64,000 bases of DNA from a virus, in IMG/VR virus record IMGVR_UViG_3300023276_000007, positions 1 through 64,000 of that record; one strand, written 5' to 3'. Shown here piece by piece: positions 45,731 through 56,183 of this stretch. Within the stretch, counting starts at the first letter, position 1. Every line of letters starts with the position of its first letter. A program made the translations under genes and the position numbers. The notes beneath the pieces are model-generated. The model did not search any database. It saw only the letters and a program-made list of their open reading frames with translations, and was not told where the DNA came from.

Positions 45731-46219
45731 ATGGCTGATATATTTGGTTATAACAGAGGGGCGAAAGCTAAGCAGGTGTTCTCTTCGGAGAATACTAGAT
45801 TGGACTTCGCCACAGGCGGCGCGGGCTTAGCGGCCAACGCCGGTGGTTACCTTGTACAAAACTGGGCCGTTAACTACGGCCAGCAAGTACAAGAAGTATT
45901 TGAATTAGGTTCTAACGCGCTTTACTGGGTGAAGGGTCGACCGCAAGGTTCTGGCACTATCTCCCGAGTAATCGGACCAGCACCAGCTTCCACAGGTCGT
46001 CAAGGTTTATTCCCACAGGAAGCCTTTGATATTTGTGAAGGTGGCGCAATGTTTAACTTGAACGTCCGAGGCGGTTCTTGTGATAACAACGAGCTGGAAG
46101 GTGTTAACATATCCATGGATGGCTGTGTTATTACTACTATCGGGTTCTCTGCTAACGTTGCAGACGCGCGTGTCATGGAAAATATAGGTTGGCGTTTCGC
46201 TCACCTAGAAGTGGCATAA
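45731..46219 (+). CDS. tail tube protein
   Basis: 162 aa after the sheath; VQNWAVNYGQQVQEVFELGS..YWVKGR.QGSGTISR tube-like pattern; strong RBS. Confidence 0.75.
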   Translation: MADIFGYNRGAKAKQVFSSENTRLDFATGGAGLAANAGGYLVQNWAVNYGQQVQEVFELGSNALYWVKGRPQGSGTISRVIGPAPASTGRQGLFPQEAFDICEGGAMFNLNVRGGSCDNNELEGVNISMDGCVITTIGFSANVADARVMENIGWRFAHLEVA

Positions 46220-46243
46220 GTTACCGAACTTAAGTTATTAACG

Positions 46244-46282
46244 ACCGGTAACCGCTCATGAGTGGTTACCGGTTTCTTTTTT
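46244..46282 (+). terminator. intrinsic terminator
   Basis: ACCGGTAACCGCT-catg-AGTGGTTACCGGT followed by TTCTTTTTT. Confidence 0.85.
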
Positions 46283-46296
46283 AAAGGATCAGCTAT

Positions 46297-48651
46297 ATGC
46301 CCAGTAAGCTTTACAATGACAATTTTAAAAATTCTACCGGTACTAAAGGCGGTCCTAAAGGATGTCGTGGTGAGTTCAAGCAAGGAATCATCACCAGAGC
46401 ACTACAAGGTCAATTCTCTTATTCTGTAGAAACCGACAAAGGCGAGACTATCACATGTAAGTCTGCAGCTAGTATGGTTTCCAATATTGTAGGTGTGAAG
46501 GACTTAGCAACACTGTCGTCAGGAACTCCGGTAATATTATGGACTGACGCCCCTGGAGCACAGAATGGTGTTATACTGTGTGCCCTACCTACCCATGCTA
46601 AGGGTAAACAAGAAATAACACCTAGACAGTTCTCAGCAGACCCCGAGTCTGGCACAGCTATGTGGAGTAGTCAGTACTACCAAGAGATGTTGAAAAATAG
46701 AGATTTCAAACAAAAGATATTCGCTAACAATGGAAGACCTTTTGATGTAAACCCAGGGGACTGGGGTAAGATAAACGATCACGGAGTCTTCCTAGGTATT
46801 ATGGGAATGACTGCCACTATGCGAGGGTCGCAGCAATGTGCGATTGAAGTGCATACCCTCGACGACCTATTAAGACTCAGAAGCGGCCAGTACCAGCATT
46901 TCTCTTCTTTCGGAGAGCAACACATCTATAATGATGGTGGTAATATATCTGTAGAGATATGCGGATCTTCTAGGCAGCATGAAGTTTCTGGCAAGGACGA
47001 CATCGGTGAAGAGGTTTTCGAAGAGTCGGACGATATTAGCAATGACTATAAAGATTTAAACATCAAACCCAAAGAGGCAGAGGCTACCCTAAAACGTCGT
47101 TTCCAGATGTTCTTCGGACACCTAGGATTGCTACAGATGTTTGTTGCCAACCCTGAAGAGGGTGATGAGAAGTATTCAAGGAAAGCAAAGCATCAAGGAC
47201 TTTTTCATCTTAACATCGCAGACAGCGGGCATCTAGGCGTTACCTCTGCAGCAGGTATGGCGTTTACTCGTGACGATATCATCCCTATACCTAAGAAGCT
47301 TAAAGAACCTTGGGACCCGTCAGGCGACAAGACAGAAGACGGTGAGATCGGAGAAGAGAAGGAACCTTATAAGATACCCCCAGCATTTAAGGGAGGTACT
47401 CATTTACTTGTAAGAGATATGACTGCATGGTCTAGAAAGAATAGTTACCAAAGATTTGACGAGCAAGAAAAGGATTGGTATGTACCCGAAGCAGATGACC
47501 TAGAAACTCCTAAGGATAAGTACGACACGTTATCCAATGGTAAGGAGTCTACAGAAGAGTTCCAGGATAAGAAAGAACTTAGAGCTGGTGTGTATATAAA
47601 CCCAGACGGGTCTGTTACTATTATGGATGCAGCTGGAACACAGCTAGTCCTTGATGGTAAAGGCGGAATGCAGCTTGGTGGAGCAGGTGCTTTAACTTTA
47701 ATGCCCGGAACTAACGTAAATATATTAGGCGGTGACGATGTTGTCATTAAAGCCAAGAATAGCGTAGACATCACAGCTACAGATAAGGATGTACGACTTA
47801 AGGCTGAGAAGAACCTACATAGTTTCTCTAATGGCGGAATACTACTAGAGTCAGCAGGAGAGCAGTCTGGCCATGGCTTTTCAGACGGAACTGACGGTGA
47901 GGCAGTTAATAGTTCTGGTATTGTCCTTAAGGCAGCAGAAAGCTCTATCTTTCTATGGGGGCAGGAAGTACTCTTGTCTGGTATTAGAGGTATTGGCATA
48001 GAAGCTGTGAAGGGTGCCGCTAAAGGTGTCCGTATTGTAGGTGACGTCGTGAGAGCTATTGGCGACCGCATCCTAGCAGCTACTGGTGGAGCGTACTTAC
48101 AGCTAACTGACACACAAGCAGCTCTAGCTGCATCTGGTAACGCTTTCTTAGGTGGTGAGTCTGGCGCAGCTATCGGTGACGGTGGCGAGTATTGGGTGCC
48201 ACTAACTAAAGCAGGTGACGATGTTTCCACACCACAGCTAGTAGGAGCCAGTAGGCAAGAGAAGGCCTTCTCCTTTGATAGCAGGTCTTGGTTAAGTACT
48301 TTTGAAGAAGGACAACGTGATCCTATAAAGTTCACGTTCAGAAGCTCTGACGAGTATGCTACCAATGACTTTGAACTATATCAACTTTCATGGCAGATAC
48401 TTATAGATAAGAGCCCTATGGCACTGACAGATGCCGGCCTCACCTCTAGTGATTCCTGGCAAGAGATTGAAGTTAATGGAACAATGCCATTTCCGGGTAA
48501 AGACAAAATTAACAGTAACGTATATATTGTCCTAACCAGCGGCGAAGAAAACGTCGATGAGAATGGAAAGATGAAGAACCGTGAGTCTATGACAAACGAA
48601 CCACAGTTTCAGAAGACTTCCTTAAACGAATACAAAGTAACGAAAAGGTAG
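46297..48651 (+). CDS. baseplate central spike protein (gp5/VgrG-like)
   Basis: N-terminal OB-fold-like region and beta-helix-like repeats (VTIMDAAGTQLVLDG, VVIKAKNSVDITATDKDVRLKA). Confidence 0.6.
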   Translation: MPSKLYNDNFKNSTGTKGGPKGCRGEFKQGIITRALQGQFSYSVETDKGETITCKSAASMVSNIVGVKDLATLSSGTPVILWTDAPGAQNGVILCALPTHAKGKQEITPRQFSADPESGTAMWSSQYYQEMLKNRDFKQKIFANNGRPFDVNPGDWGKINDHGVFLGIMGMTATMRGSQQCAIEVHTLDDLLRLRSGQYQHFSSFGEQHIYNDGGNISVEICGSSRQHEVSGKDDIGEEVFEESDDISNDYKDLNIKPKEAEATLKRRFQMFFGHLGLLQMFVANPEEGDEKYSRKAKHQGLFHLNIADSGHLGVTSAAGMAFTRDDIIPIPKKLKEPWDPSGDKTEDGEIGEEKEPYKIPPAFKGGTHLLVRDMTAWSRKNSYQRFDEQEKDWYVPEADDLETPKDKYDTLSNGKESTEEFQDKKELRAGVYINPDGSVTIMDAAGTQLVLDGKGGMQLGGAGALTLMPGTNVNILGGDDVVIKAKNSVDITATDKDVRLKAEKNLHSFSNGGILLESAGEQSGHGFSDGTDGEAVNSSGIVLKAAESSIFLWGQEVLLSGIRGIGIEAVKGAAKGVRIVGDVVRAIGDRILAATGGAYLQLTDTQAALAASGNAFLGGESGAAIGDGGEYWVPLTKAGDDVSTPQLVGASRQEKAFSFDSRSWLSTFEEGQRDPIKFTFRSSDEYATNDFELYQLSWQILIDKSPMALTDAGLTSSDSWQEIEVNGTMPFPGKDKINSNVYIVLTSGEENVDENGKMKNRESMTNEPQFQKTSLNEYKVTKR

Positions 48652-48657
48652 ACCATT

Positions 48658-49404
48658 ATGTCAGACAGTGTAAAAGATAAGATTAGCAAGAAGCTAGGTG
48701 ACGGCGAAAGCCTCGGTAGTGGAGATTTTGCAGAATTCTCTCAGCCTAAGAAAAAAGGCGACGCAGAACTAAGTAGCTCAGTACCTGTAGTAGACAGTGC
48801 TAAAGACGACCCCATCATGGGCGCAGGATCAGATGAAGCTGCACCGACTAACGCCGCAAGGTTGAACTTACATAAGTCTGGTGCCGATTTAGGTATTACT
48901 ATAAACTATGACGAGGTAGAGATTACAGAAGACGATCGTGACGAGTTTCTAAACTGCCTTATAGATAACAAACGATTCACCAGAGAGTTTACCATATTTG
49001 GTGGAAAAGTTACCGGCACCTTAAGAAGCAGAACCTCTGACGAAAGTAGAGCACTTATCTACGAATCTCAAAGAAGAGTTACTATGGGAGAGATCCTATC
49101 CGACTCAGACTATGCAGCTGTTTTCAGAAGAGCTACTATGAGGTTTCAGATACAGCGGTTAAACGCTACAGAGTACCCAGAGGCTAAAGGGCCTTTCTTG
49201 GCACAAGCAACTTTTAAGTCGTTCATGTTGGATGACAAAGCAGCCGAAGCACCTAAGTGGTATGAAGAAGCAGAAACCGCTTGGCAAGGTATGCAAACAG
49301 GACTTGAAGCAGCTATCTTCGCAGAGATACTGAAATTTGAGTATAAATATTGGACAATGGTAGAGAATGCTAATAATCAGGATTTTTGGAATCCCGAAGG
49401 TTAA
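48658..49404 (+). CDS. tail assembly chaperone (gpG-like)
   Basis: Lies before the tape measure; ends ...QDFWNPEG with a slippery site. Confidence 0.65.
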   Translation: MSDSVKDKISKKLGDGESLGSGDFAEFSQPKKKGDAELSSSVPVVDSAKDDPIMGAGSDEAAPTNAARLNLHKSGADLGITINYDEVEITEDDRDEFLNCLIDNKRFTREFTIFGGKVTGTLRSRTSDESRALIYESQRRVTMGEILSDSDYAAVFRRATMRFQIQRLNATEYPEAKGPFLAQATFKSFMLDDKAAEAPKWYEEAETAWQGMQTGLEAAIFAEILKFEYKYWTMVENANNQDFWNPEG

Positions 49405-49419
49405 ACCTCGGCCTTCGGG
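49380..49419 (+). other. programmed -1 ribosomal frameshift signal
   Basis: Heptamer G GAT TTT (49380-49386), 6-nt spacer, stem CCCGAAGG/CCTTCGGG; the -1 frame opens only at 49377. Confidence 0.7.
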
Positions 49420-49790
49420 CTCGCCTTCGGGGAATACCTACTAGAGATTCCGAAAAACATAGACACTCGGGAAAGTTCTACGCTACGGTATGTGAGGTTA
49501 TCGAGAGCGACATCCTTCGTGAAGTACGAGGACAGAAGTACACGGGTTTGATGGCAGGAGCCACTCACCCGACTATAGATTATGATAAAGCTATGGGTGT
49601 AGCTATAGATGCCTACTATAGCTTGTTAGAAACGATTCCTTACTTAACAGGAGGAGCCACTAAAGAGGACATGAAGAAGATGGAAAGAGAAAGAGCCGTC
49701 AAGGACTACCACGAGAACGTGGCCTTCGATAAGAGAGACAACTCTACCGAACCTCCACCTGTTTATGACCATAAGAAGGTTGGAGAATAA
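49386..49790 (+). CDS. tail assembly chaperone C-terminal extension (gpT-like, frameshift product)
   Basis: -1 frame relative to 48658; only a TTG inside the slippery run and no convincing RBS. Confidence 0.65.
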   Translation: MESRRLNLGLRARLRGIPTRDSEKHRHSGKFYATVCEVIESDILREVRGQKYTGLMAGATHPTIDYDKAMGVAIDAYYSLLETIPYLTGGATKEDMKKMERERAVKDYHENVAFDKRDNSTEPPPVYDHKKVGE

Positions 49791-49792
49791 CT

Positions 49793-52186
49793 GTGGCGCA
49801 ATCCCCATATAACACCCAGTATACCCCTAACGCCGTAAGCTCTAACTGGATGGTTAACACAGCCTACCAGATGGGCACCAACATGATGGGTATGTCTCAG
49901 TCTCCTGGCTTTGTTATGGGGCAGCGCCCTTCCGATACTATGTTTGTAGTTAACGGAGGAAGCCAACGCAATCAAAAGGCCCATGAAGACCTCGTGGGTC
50001 ATATCAACATAATAAATTCGCTACGTAATACAGGAGGAGAGGCTGGAAACATCGCCAGTACTGCAAGTGGTTACGATAACATGGCTAACTCTTACTTAAG
50101 CCAATTTGATTTTGTAAAGCAGGCGACTGGGGGTAACCTCGACGAATTCTCTCGTAGGATGATTGGAGGAGCTACCAGCATTGCCGGTGGTGGTGACTTA
50201 ACTAATGCACCTGGTGCTAATAGTTGGCAGAAGCAGATGGCATTCCACCAGCAGCATGTACAGCGGGCTAAAAGTTTTGGCAAGAGTATACTAGACTCAG
50301 CATACGTAGGTGGTGACGCTACAAAGGTTAACAAGAGCTTCACTAGAGGGTTTAAGATAGAAGAGGTCGCTGATGTAGTTAGCCAACTTGGTTACGAAGG
50401 CGGGGTAAGCTGGACAAACCGAGACGGCAGCAAAAGATCAGACGAGCAGAATAAAGACGTAGTAAGTCAGCGACTAGGTAAACTTGCGGCAGCTAGAAAC
50501 GTCTTTGGAGAGGGTGACGTTAATTCCCTACAGCAGCAGACACAGCAACTACTCGGCTCCAGCCTAGGGTCTAACGATGATGCCTCCGGTAAAATACTAC
50601 AGCAGATTTCTGCAGAGGCTAGAGTTCTTAATAAAGATGTTAAGAACATGGTCAAGTCTAGAGAGGTCATTAAGAACACTCTAGTATCGTTAAATAAAGC
50701 TAGAGACTCTCGCGGTGTCAACTTAACCTACGATGGTACAGGGTCTATTAGTGGTGATATGGAAGTCACTGCAAATGCTATTGGGTCGTTAGTAGATCAT
50801 GCAACAGCAGGTCTTCCAGGAAAGACGCAAGCAGCTATGTCACGTAACATGACTAGAACGCTTATTAAAGACGTCGACTCTGACGCAGGGCAGTTAGCTA
50901 AGCTAATGCAAGCCGGTATGATGTCCGGAGAAGTTAGTAAAGAGGACTATAACATATTCCAACAGGCCCAACGCTCCGGTAACACCCGAGGAGCTTCCGA
51001 CATAGCCAGACGTACTATTAAGGACGTTGATAAGATAATGTCAGATAAAGTCCTTTTCGAGAATACTATAGGGTGGATGAATGAAGGGGCGATTAAGAAT
51101 CAGTTTGGAGGTAACGTTGCCGAATTCCAAAAAGCCAACGCAGGATACTCAACACAACGTGTTCGTAATATTGCGTTAGGAGGTTCCGCACAACAAGCCA
51201 CTAGGATGCAGGAGATGGGCACCAAACGACGGCTCAATGATATGCGTAAAATTCGCAGAATTACTGGTGTCGAAGAAGATGAGTATACCGACGAGAATAA
51301 AATAGCTGACTATAAAAAAGATTTAGCTATAGGCGCTGGGAACCAAGCCGAGAATGAGAAGACTATACAACGCCAGAAACATCAAAGAGGCGACCTAACA
51401 GATGACCAACTAAAAGAAAAGCTTGCCGAGATAGATAGTACTCTTGCAGACGACTTAGTCTCTATCAAAGGGGTTTCCGGAGATAGCGTCTCAGACGTCA
51501 GAGGTGCTATTAGGTCCGGAAAGGTGGGTATATCTGAAGCACGGGCCGACAACATTTCCGATGTAGCAGACGCTGGGTTCACCAAGCGTCGGGCTAGGAA
51601 ATACTTTAAAAAGGTTCAAAAGTCTGGCAAGCTAGGCGCCTATACTCAGCTAGACAGTCTTGTAGCCCGCAAAGCTATATCAAAGGACCAGATGGCCGAG
51701 ATAATGGATATAGACGATAAAGAAGAACGTCAACAAAAGATCGAGGGTATTATAGGCGAACACTTCGGTGGAGACACTCGACAAGAGGATATATTTAGAA
51801 AACAGACATCGGCAGAAGCAGGCCGCATGACTAACATGTATCTAAGAGACGTAACCCTAAGTGGGGACCGTGGCTTTATAGATCATAAAACATACGCCAG
51901 CAGGAATAAACTTTCCAACGCAGTAGGTAAACAGGCGGGCAAGAGTAAAGACATATCAGACGCCGCTACTGACGATATGAAAGCAAGCGAGAGTCTTGCT
52001 GGAGATAAGAATAATGCAGAAAAGATTCTTAGTGGTATACAAGAACTAGCCGCCGCAGTAACTGACGGCCAAAAAGCCAACCTCGACACCTACGGCGAAG
52101 GCGGTGTCCTGAAGGTTAAAATAATCAACCCTGAAGAAGTTAAGCCATCCGACCCACCTATGGTCGAAAGTGGCAGCGGCGGGTAA
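49793..52186 (+). CDS. tape measure protein
   Basis: 797-aa helical protein after the chaperone pair; GGAG RBS with GTG start. Confidence 0.7.
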   Translation: MAQSPYNTQYTPNAVSSNWMVNTAYQMGTNMMGMSQSPGFVMGQRPSDTMFVVNGGSQRNQKAHEDLVGHINIINSLRNTGGEAGNIASTASGYDNMANSYLSQFDFVKQATGGNLDEFSRRMIGGATSIAGGGDLTNAPGANSWQKQMAFHQQHVQRAKSFGKSILDSAYVGGDATKVNKSFTRGFKIEEVADVVSQLGYEGGVSWTNRDGSKRSDEQNKDVVSQRLGKLAAARNVFGEGDVNSLQQQTQQLLGSSLGSNDDASGKILQQISAEARVLNKDVKNMVKSREVIKNTLVSLNKARDSRGVNLTYDGTGSISGDMEVTANAIGSLVDHATAGLPGKTQAAMSRNMTRTLIKDVDSDAGQLAKLMQAGMMSGEVSKEDYNIFQQAQRSGNTRGASDIARRTIKDVDKIMSDKVLFENTIGWMNEGAIKNQFGGNVAEFQKANAGYSTQRVRNIALGGSAQQATRMQEMGTKRRLNDMRKIRRITGVEEDEYTDENKIADYKKDLAIGAGNQAENEKTIQRQKHQRGDLTDDQLKEKLAEIDSTLADDLVSIKGVSGDSVSDVRGAIRSGKVGISEARADNISDVADAGFTKRRARKYFKKVQKSGKLGAYTQLDSLVARKAISKDQMAEIMDIDDKEERQQKIEGIIGEHFGGDTRQEDIFRKQTSAEAGRMTNMYLRDVTLSGDRGFIDHKTYASRNKLSNAVGKQAGKSKDISDAATDDMKASESLAGDKNNAEKILSGIQELAAAVTDGQKANLDTYGEGGVLKVKIINPEEVKPSDPPMVESGSGG

Positions 52187-52196
52187 TGGAGGAATT

Positions 52197-52715
52197 ATGC
52201 CAGTAATATTTGGAACAGACGAGAGTAGCCCTAGAGGCTGCTTTATGGCTTTTACCTTTGACGGTGGTAACAGCAAAGGAGCATTGCTCACGTTACCAGG
52301 CGGTAACTTAATAACTAAGCAAGACCCTACTTGGCCGTTGATTGTAACATCAGTCAAAACAGAGTTTAAAGAGAACACTCAGTTCCTTAAATGTTTTAAT
52401 GACCGTATCTACACATACACCTTCGGAGGTGACGTAGGTATTATGTCTGTGAACTTTATGGGATTCATCGAAGGTGGTGTAGAGGCTGGCGGCGGTGGAG
52501 GCGGCGCAGGAGCTGGCCAAGGACCTTGGGAGATTATGATAGATGGGTATAACGAAGCCCGAGTTTCTAAGTCATTAGACTTTGCAGTCTTAACAGTAGG
52601 TAAGAAGTCTATACAAGGTCTTGTGGGATCATTAACTTCCACCACACAGTCGCCAGAGTATGGACTACAAGGTTTTGCGCTAACATTAGCATACCTGCCG
52701 GAGGCTAACCAATGA
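52197..52715 (+). CDS. putative tail tube initiator/baseplate protein
   Basis: ATG 52197 after GGAGG; tube-like QFLKCFNDRIYTYTFG; follows the tape measure. Confidence 0.55.
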   Translation: MPVIFGTDESSPRGCFMAFTFDGGNSKGALLTLPGGNLITKQDPTWPLIVTSVKTEFKENTQFLKCFNDRIYTYTFGGDVGIMSVNFMGFIEGGVEAGGGGGGAGAGQGPWEIMIDGYNEARVSKSLDFAVLTVGKKSIQGLVGSLTSTTQSPEYGLQGFALTLAYLPEANQ

Positions 52716-53200
52716 TAAATCATGCAAGAACACTTTTATTAAATGCACAGATACCTAACAGCGAAATATACATACCAGAAACCTATGGTGCGATAACCAT
52801 ACCGTTGTATCTACAGCGGTTCAGGCAGCAGGCGTTAGGTGATGGTGAAAACTTACAAACCCTAGAGCCTACTGTAGACTCTTGGCTAGGGTTACTACAT
52901 CAGGCAGATAGAGAATCATATGTCTTGGCTATAGATAAAAGAATTACCTATAAGCCGTTAGGACGTAAGAATATAAATAACAATAAAGTAAACCTAGCCT
53001 CTAAAATAAAAGCAACAGTGTTAAGCGCTAGCCCTTTAGCCGGCTCGGGTAAGTCAGGACTGTTCAAGTTAGTCCCAGGCTACACGAAGCAGTTAGAAGA
53101 CTTAAAAGAGATATGGGACTCCAGCACTCGTGATGAGGACAGAGCCTGTGTAGCTGTCATTGGTTATATCTATCAGTTGGAAGGAATACGTAATGGCTGA
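52712..53200 (+). CDS. hypothetical baseplate-region protein
   Basis: 162 aa, ATGA overlap. Confidence 0.55.
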   Translation: MINHARTLLLNAQIPNSEIYIPETYGAITIPLYLQRFRQQALGDGENLQTLEPTVDSWLGLLHQADRESYVLAIDKRITYKPLGRKNINNNKVNLASKIKATVLSASPLAGSGKSGLFKLVPGYTKQLEDLKEIWDSSTRDEDRACVAVIGYIYQLEGIRNG

Positions 53201-55061
53201 TTTTGTTGTTGAGAACCTTCAAGAAATGTATGAACTATCCTTGTCCGCCTCAGGAGACACCTCCGAGGTTACAGACGAGGCGCTAACTTATATGCGTAAC
53301 GAGGTTGGTCCATATACTAATATAGACGGCTGGTCAGTACCAGTAGTTCCTATAGCTACAGCCCGTAGCCTTTTTGCTAGTGGGTCGGCAGTACCAGGCG
53401 TGGCTGTCAACGGAAGTGCGGGAACCCCAAAGAATAGCTCGGATTCCCAGAGTGGGTCTGAGAACAATGAAGCTAGCGATGATGTGTTCCAGTTCTTTAA
53501 AGAAAGTGCGGGAGACAACATAACGGTAACTATAGATGGAGACGACTACCCAGTAGCTGCTGTAGAGATGATTGCCACGCATAACGCCATACCATACTTT
53601 GTTTTAGTTATCGATGGCAAGCCTGTCAGCGGGTCTGACACAGGCAGCATAAGAAAACCCGACCTAGCAGAGATCCAAGAGGTGCGAGCATCTTTAAGTA
53701 AGTATATCTATGACTATGAGCAGCCAGTATCCTTTAAGTTACAAGAGGGTAACCTCAACGGTGTTACCCAGACTATGGAAGTTAAGGAGTGGATAATCTC
53801 TGGAGTAGGTAGTACTCAGATGGGAGCTTCTGGTGGCTATGCTATCAGTATAACAGTTAGTCATCCACTTATCATGGCAGACGTCACCCATACGAACCTC
53901 TTCAATGCTAAGGACGTCAAAGAACCAGCTAAGATAGATGGCGGCTCTAACATTAAAGATAAAGTAGTTAAGACTCTAGAAAAATACCTAGAGACTGTAG
54001 GTAGTGACGTCTTGTCTGTAAAAGGCATAGAAAAGGCTGATTGGGAAAAGCTTAAAGGAAGAGTTAAAAGAGCGGTGTCTGCTCTAGACGATAAACTTGA
54101 ATGGAATAATAAAGGCGGAGACGACCTGCCATTCTTTAAAGGGTCAGAGATAGACCTTACAGAAAAGCTTAGTAAGTACTTCGATACTGCCATCTGGCAT
54201 GAGGTATTCAAGGCGACAGAGGGTAACCACAGTCCGTTAAACACTATAAAGGCTTTTACACAAGGACTTTACGGAGTAGGTATGGATGGTGGGTTTAATG
54301 ATAAGCCTGTAATGCTTTCTCCTGAGGTACCATGGGGATTAGCTACTGCGACTATTTATGATGATGAGATAGCTCAGATATCCTTACCAGCGATAGACGA
54401 CCTACCGCTTGCTGGTTTAGTAATACCATACCCATCTAAGAAGGATGGAGCTACTTGGGACGTAGAAGCTCCTGGCCCTGACGGAGAGAACGAAAAAAGA
54501 AAAGATTCATGCGCGTTCTATATTGACCCAGCACTAGAAGGCCAAGTAGGTGCAATACCTTATGACTCCTTGCCAGGATGGTTACTATCTTACCCAGAGT
54601 TTGCAGTACAGGACTACGATAGATTTGACCCAGCAGACAGGAAGAATTATAGCATAGAGGCTCCTATCAGTACTGGAGACACCGATGATATTGCTGAGGA
54701 CTTTGAGAAGGCTGCAAAAGTATGGGCCTTGAATAGGTTTAGAGAATACTTCGGAGTAGGCAAGACCTGCAACATAAGCACCAAGCTAAACATCGGAACT
54801 GAGTGGTCTAGCATCTATACTGGCGACAATGTAGAAGTTAAGAGTAGGCAGACAGGTAAAGCGTTATTCTACTTTAATGTTAAGGCTATTAAGCATATTG
54901 TATCACCAAGTTCTAGTAAGGCCGGAACAGAATACTATGGTACACATGTAAGGCCACCAGAAGGATACCCGTCTGCTAAGATCACAGCAGGAGATGTCTC
55001 AGGAGGTATTCCTAACCTTCTATATAATGCTATAGCTAAATTTAATGTATCTGGAGATTAA
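53193..55061 (+). CDS. putative baseplate hub protein (gp27/gpD-like)
   Basis: ATG 53193 after AAGGA; C-terminal YFNVKAIKHIVS pattern of hub proteins. Confidence 0.5.
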   Translation: MADFVVENLQEMYELSLSASGDTSEVTDEALTYMRNEVGPYTNIDGWSVPVVPIATARSLFASGSAVPGVAVNGSAGTPKNSSDSQSGSENNEASDDVFQFFKESAGDNITVTIDGDDYPVAAVEMIATHNAIPYFVLVIDGKPVSGSDTGSIRKPDLAEIQEVRASLSKYIYDYEQPVSFKLQEGNLNGVTQTMEVKEWIISGVGSTQMGASGGYAISITVSHPLIMADVTHTNLFNAKDVKEPAKIDGGSNIKDKVVKTLEKYLETVGSDVLSVKGIEKADWEKLKGRVKRAVSALDDKLEWNNKGGDDLPFFKGSEIDLTEKLSKYFDTAIWHEVFKATEGNHSPLNTIKAFTQGLYGVGMDGGFNDKPVMLSPEVPWGLATATIYDDEIAQISLPAIDDLPLAGLVIPYPSKKDGATWDVEAPGPDGENEKRKDSCAFYIDPALEGQVGAIPYDSLPGWLLSYPEFAVQDYDRFDPADRKNYSIEAPISTGDTDDIAEDFEKAAKVWALNRFREYFGVGKTCNISTKLNIGTEWSSIYTGDNVEVKSRQTGKALFYFNVKAIKHIVSPSSSKAGTEYYGTHVRPPEGYPSAKITAGDVSGGIPNLLYNAIAKFNVSGD

Positions 55062-55063
55062 TA

Positions 55064-55774
55064 ATGAGTGAAGTTGATAATGCGTATGCGACATGGCTAG
55101 AAGATCCAAACCCAAGGTCAATGGCTGCAATTATAAAGGCGTTGAGTCCAGCTGTTAACTCTGAGATCCAACAGTTCAGCGGACCTAAACAATTACTAAG
55201 ACAACGTGCTAAACTACTTACAATCAAAGCAGTTAAGAACTATGACCCCACGTCTAAGGCAAAACTTAAGTCTTGGGTCGTCACTAACATGCAGCCTCTT
55301 AAGCGATATAACCGCGAACTAGGTAACGCTGTCCACGTACCCGAGCAAGCACAGCAGCAGGCAGCCCTTCTTAACAGAAGAGTTGAGGAGATCAAAGCGG
55401 AAACAGGCGAAGAGCCTAATGACGGTCAACTGGCCGACGAGATAGGAATATCTACCGATCGAGTTAAAAACCTTAGAGCTATGTCTAAAGCCGTTGTTTA
55501 TGAAGGCACGGTCAAAACAGATGCAGAGACAAACGTTTCAGACCTTGCAGTAGATAGCGGCAGGGACGGACGTATAGACGCAGCCGTCGATACTGTGTAC
55601 AATTCCTTAGACTCAAGAGACCAGATGATCTACGACCTAAAGACCGGTATAAACGCCGCTCCTGCGTTGGATAACCAAGGCGTAGCCAAGAGGTTAGGAG
55701 TGAGTCCTGGGCTGGTAAGTCAGCGTAGTGCTGATATAAGTAATAGGATACTGGAGGCAAGAGATCGTGTCTGA
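55064..55774 (+). CDS. RNA polymerase sigma factor, sigma-70 family (group 3/FliA-like)
   Basis: Region 2 AVKNYDP.SKAKLKSWV...VHVPE, region 3 TGEEPNDGQLADEIGIS, region 4 LDSRDQMI...VAKRLGVSPGLVSQ. Confidence 0.85.
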   Translation: MSEVDNAYATWLEDPNPRSMAAIIKALSPAVNSEIQQFSGPKQLLRQRAKLLTIKAVKNYDPTSKAKLKSWVVTNMQPLKRYNRELGNAVHVPEQAQQQAALLNRRVEEIKAETGEEPNDGQLADEIGISTDRVKNLRAMSKAVVYEGTVKTDAETNVSDLAVDSGRDGRIDAAVDTVYNSLDSRDQMIYDLKTGINAAPALDNQGVAKRLGVSPGLVSQRSADISNRILEARDRV

Positions 55775-56183
55775 GATTAAGGATGTAGTAAAGTGGTTAA
55801 AGAAAGTCCATGAAGACAATGCCGACGCAGCTATGAATAAGTCTGTTAAGCGTTGGTCTACTAGTGACTACGATAGCTATTCTGCGTTACTTAACGAAGT
55901 GGCCGACTCTGATGACCTTAGTGAGAAACTTGCAAAGAGCATTACAGAAGCCATCGATGGTAGCGGCGGCAGAGACTTCGCCAAGAATAATGCACAAGAA
56001 CTGTCTCTCCAAGTTGTTAATGCTATCAAAGGATCTTTACGACGTAAGTTTGTACACGATACAGAAGATAAAGAGTTTGCCAGCATAAATTTTCAAAGGT
56101 ATGCTGTAAACGAGCGTAAGGAAGCTGTAGTTATTTTAGAAAGATTAGAAGCATGGGCTGAGCAGGCTCTCGGAGGTGGCTAA
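55767..56183 (+). CDS. hypothetical protein
   Basis: 138-aa helical ORF, GTG start overlapping the sigma gene. Confidence 0.55.
   Translation: MSEIKDVVKWLKKVHEDNADAAMNKSVKRWSTSDYDSYSALLNEVADSDDLSEKLAKSITEAIDGSGGRDFAKNNAQELSLQVVNAIKGSLRRKFVHDTEDKEFASINFQRYAVNERKEAVVILERLEAWAEQALGGG

Noticed and set aside
47445-48365. Long minus-strand ORFs (306 aa here; also 23766-24458, 19183-19737, 32014-32565)
   Set aside because: Antisense shadows of well-supported plus-strand genes, Ser/Pro-rich and without recognisable motifs.
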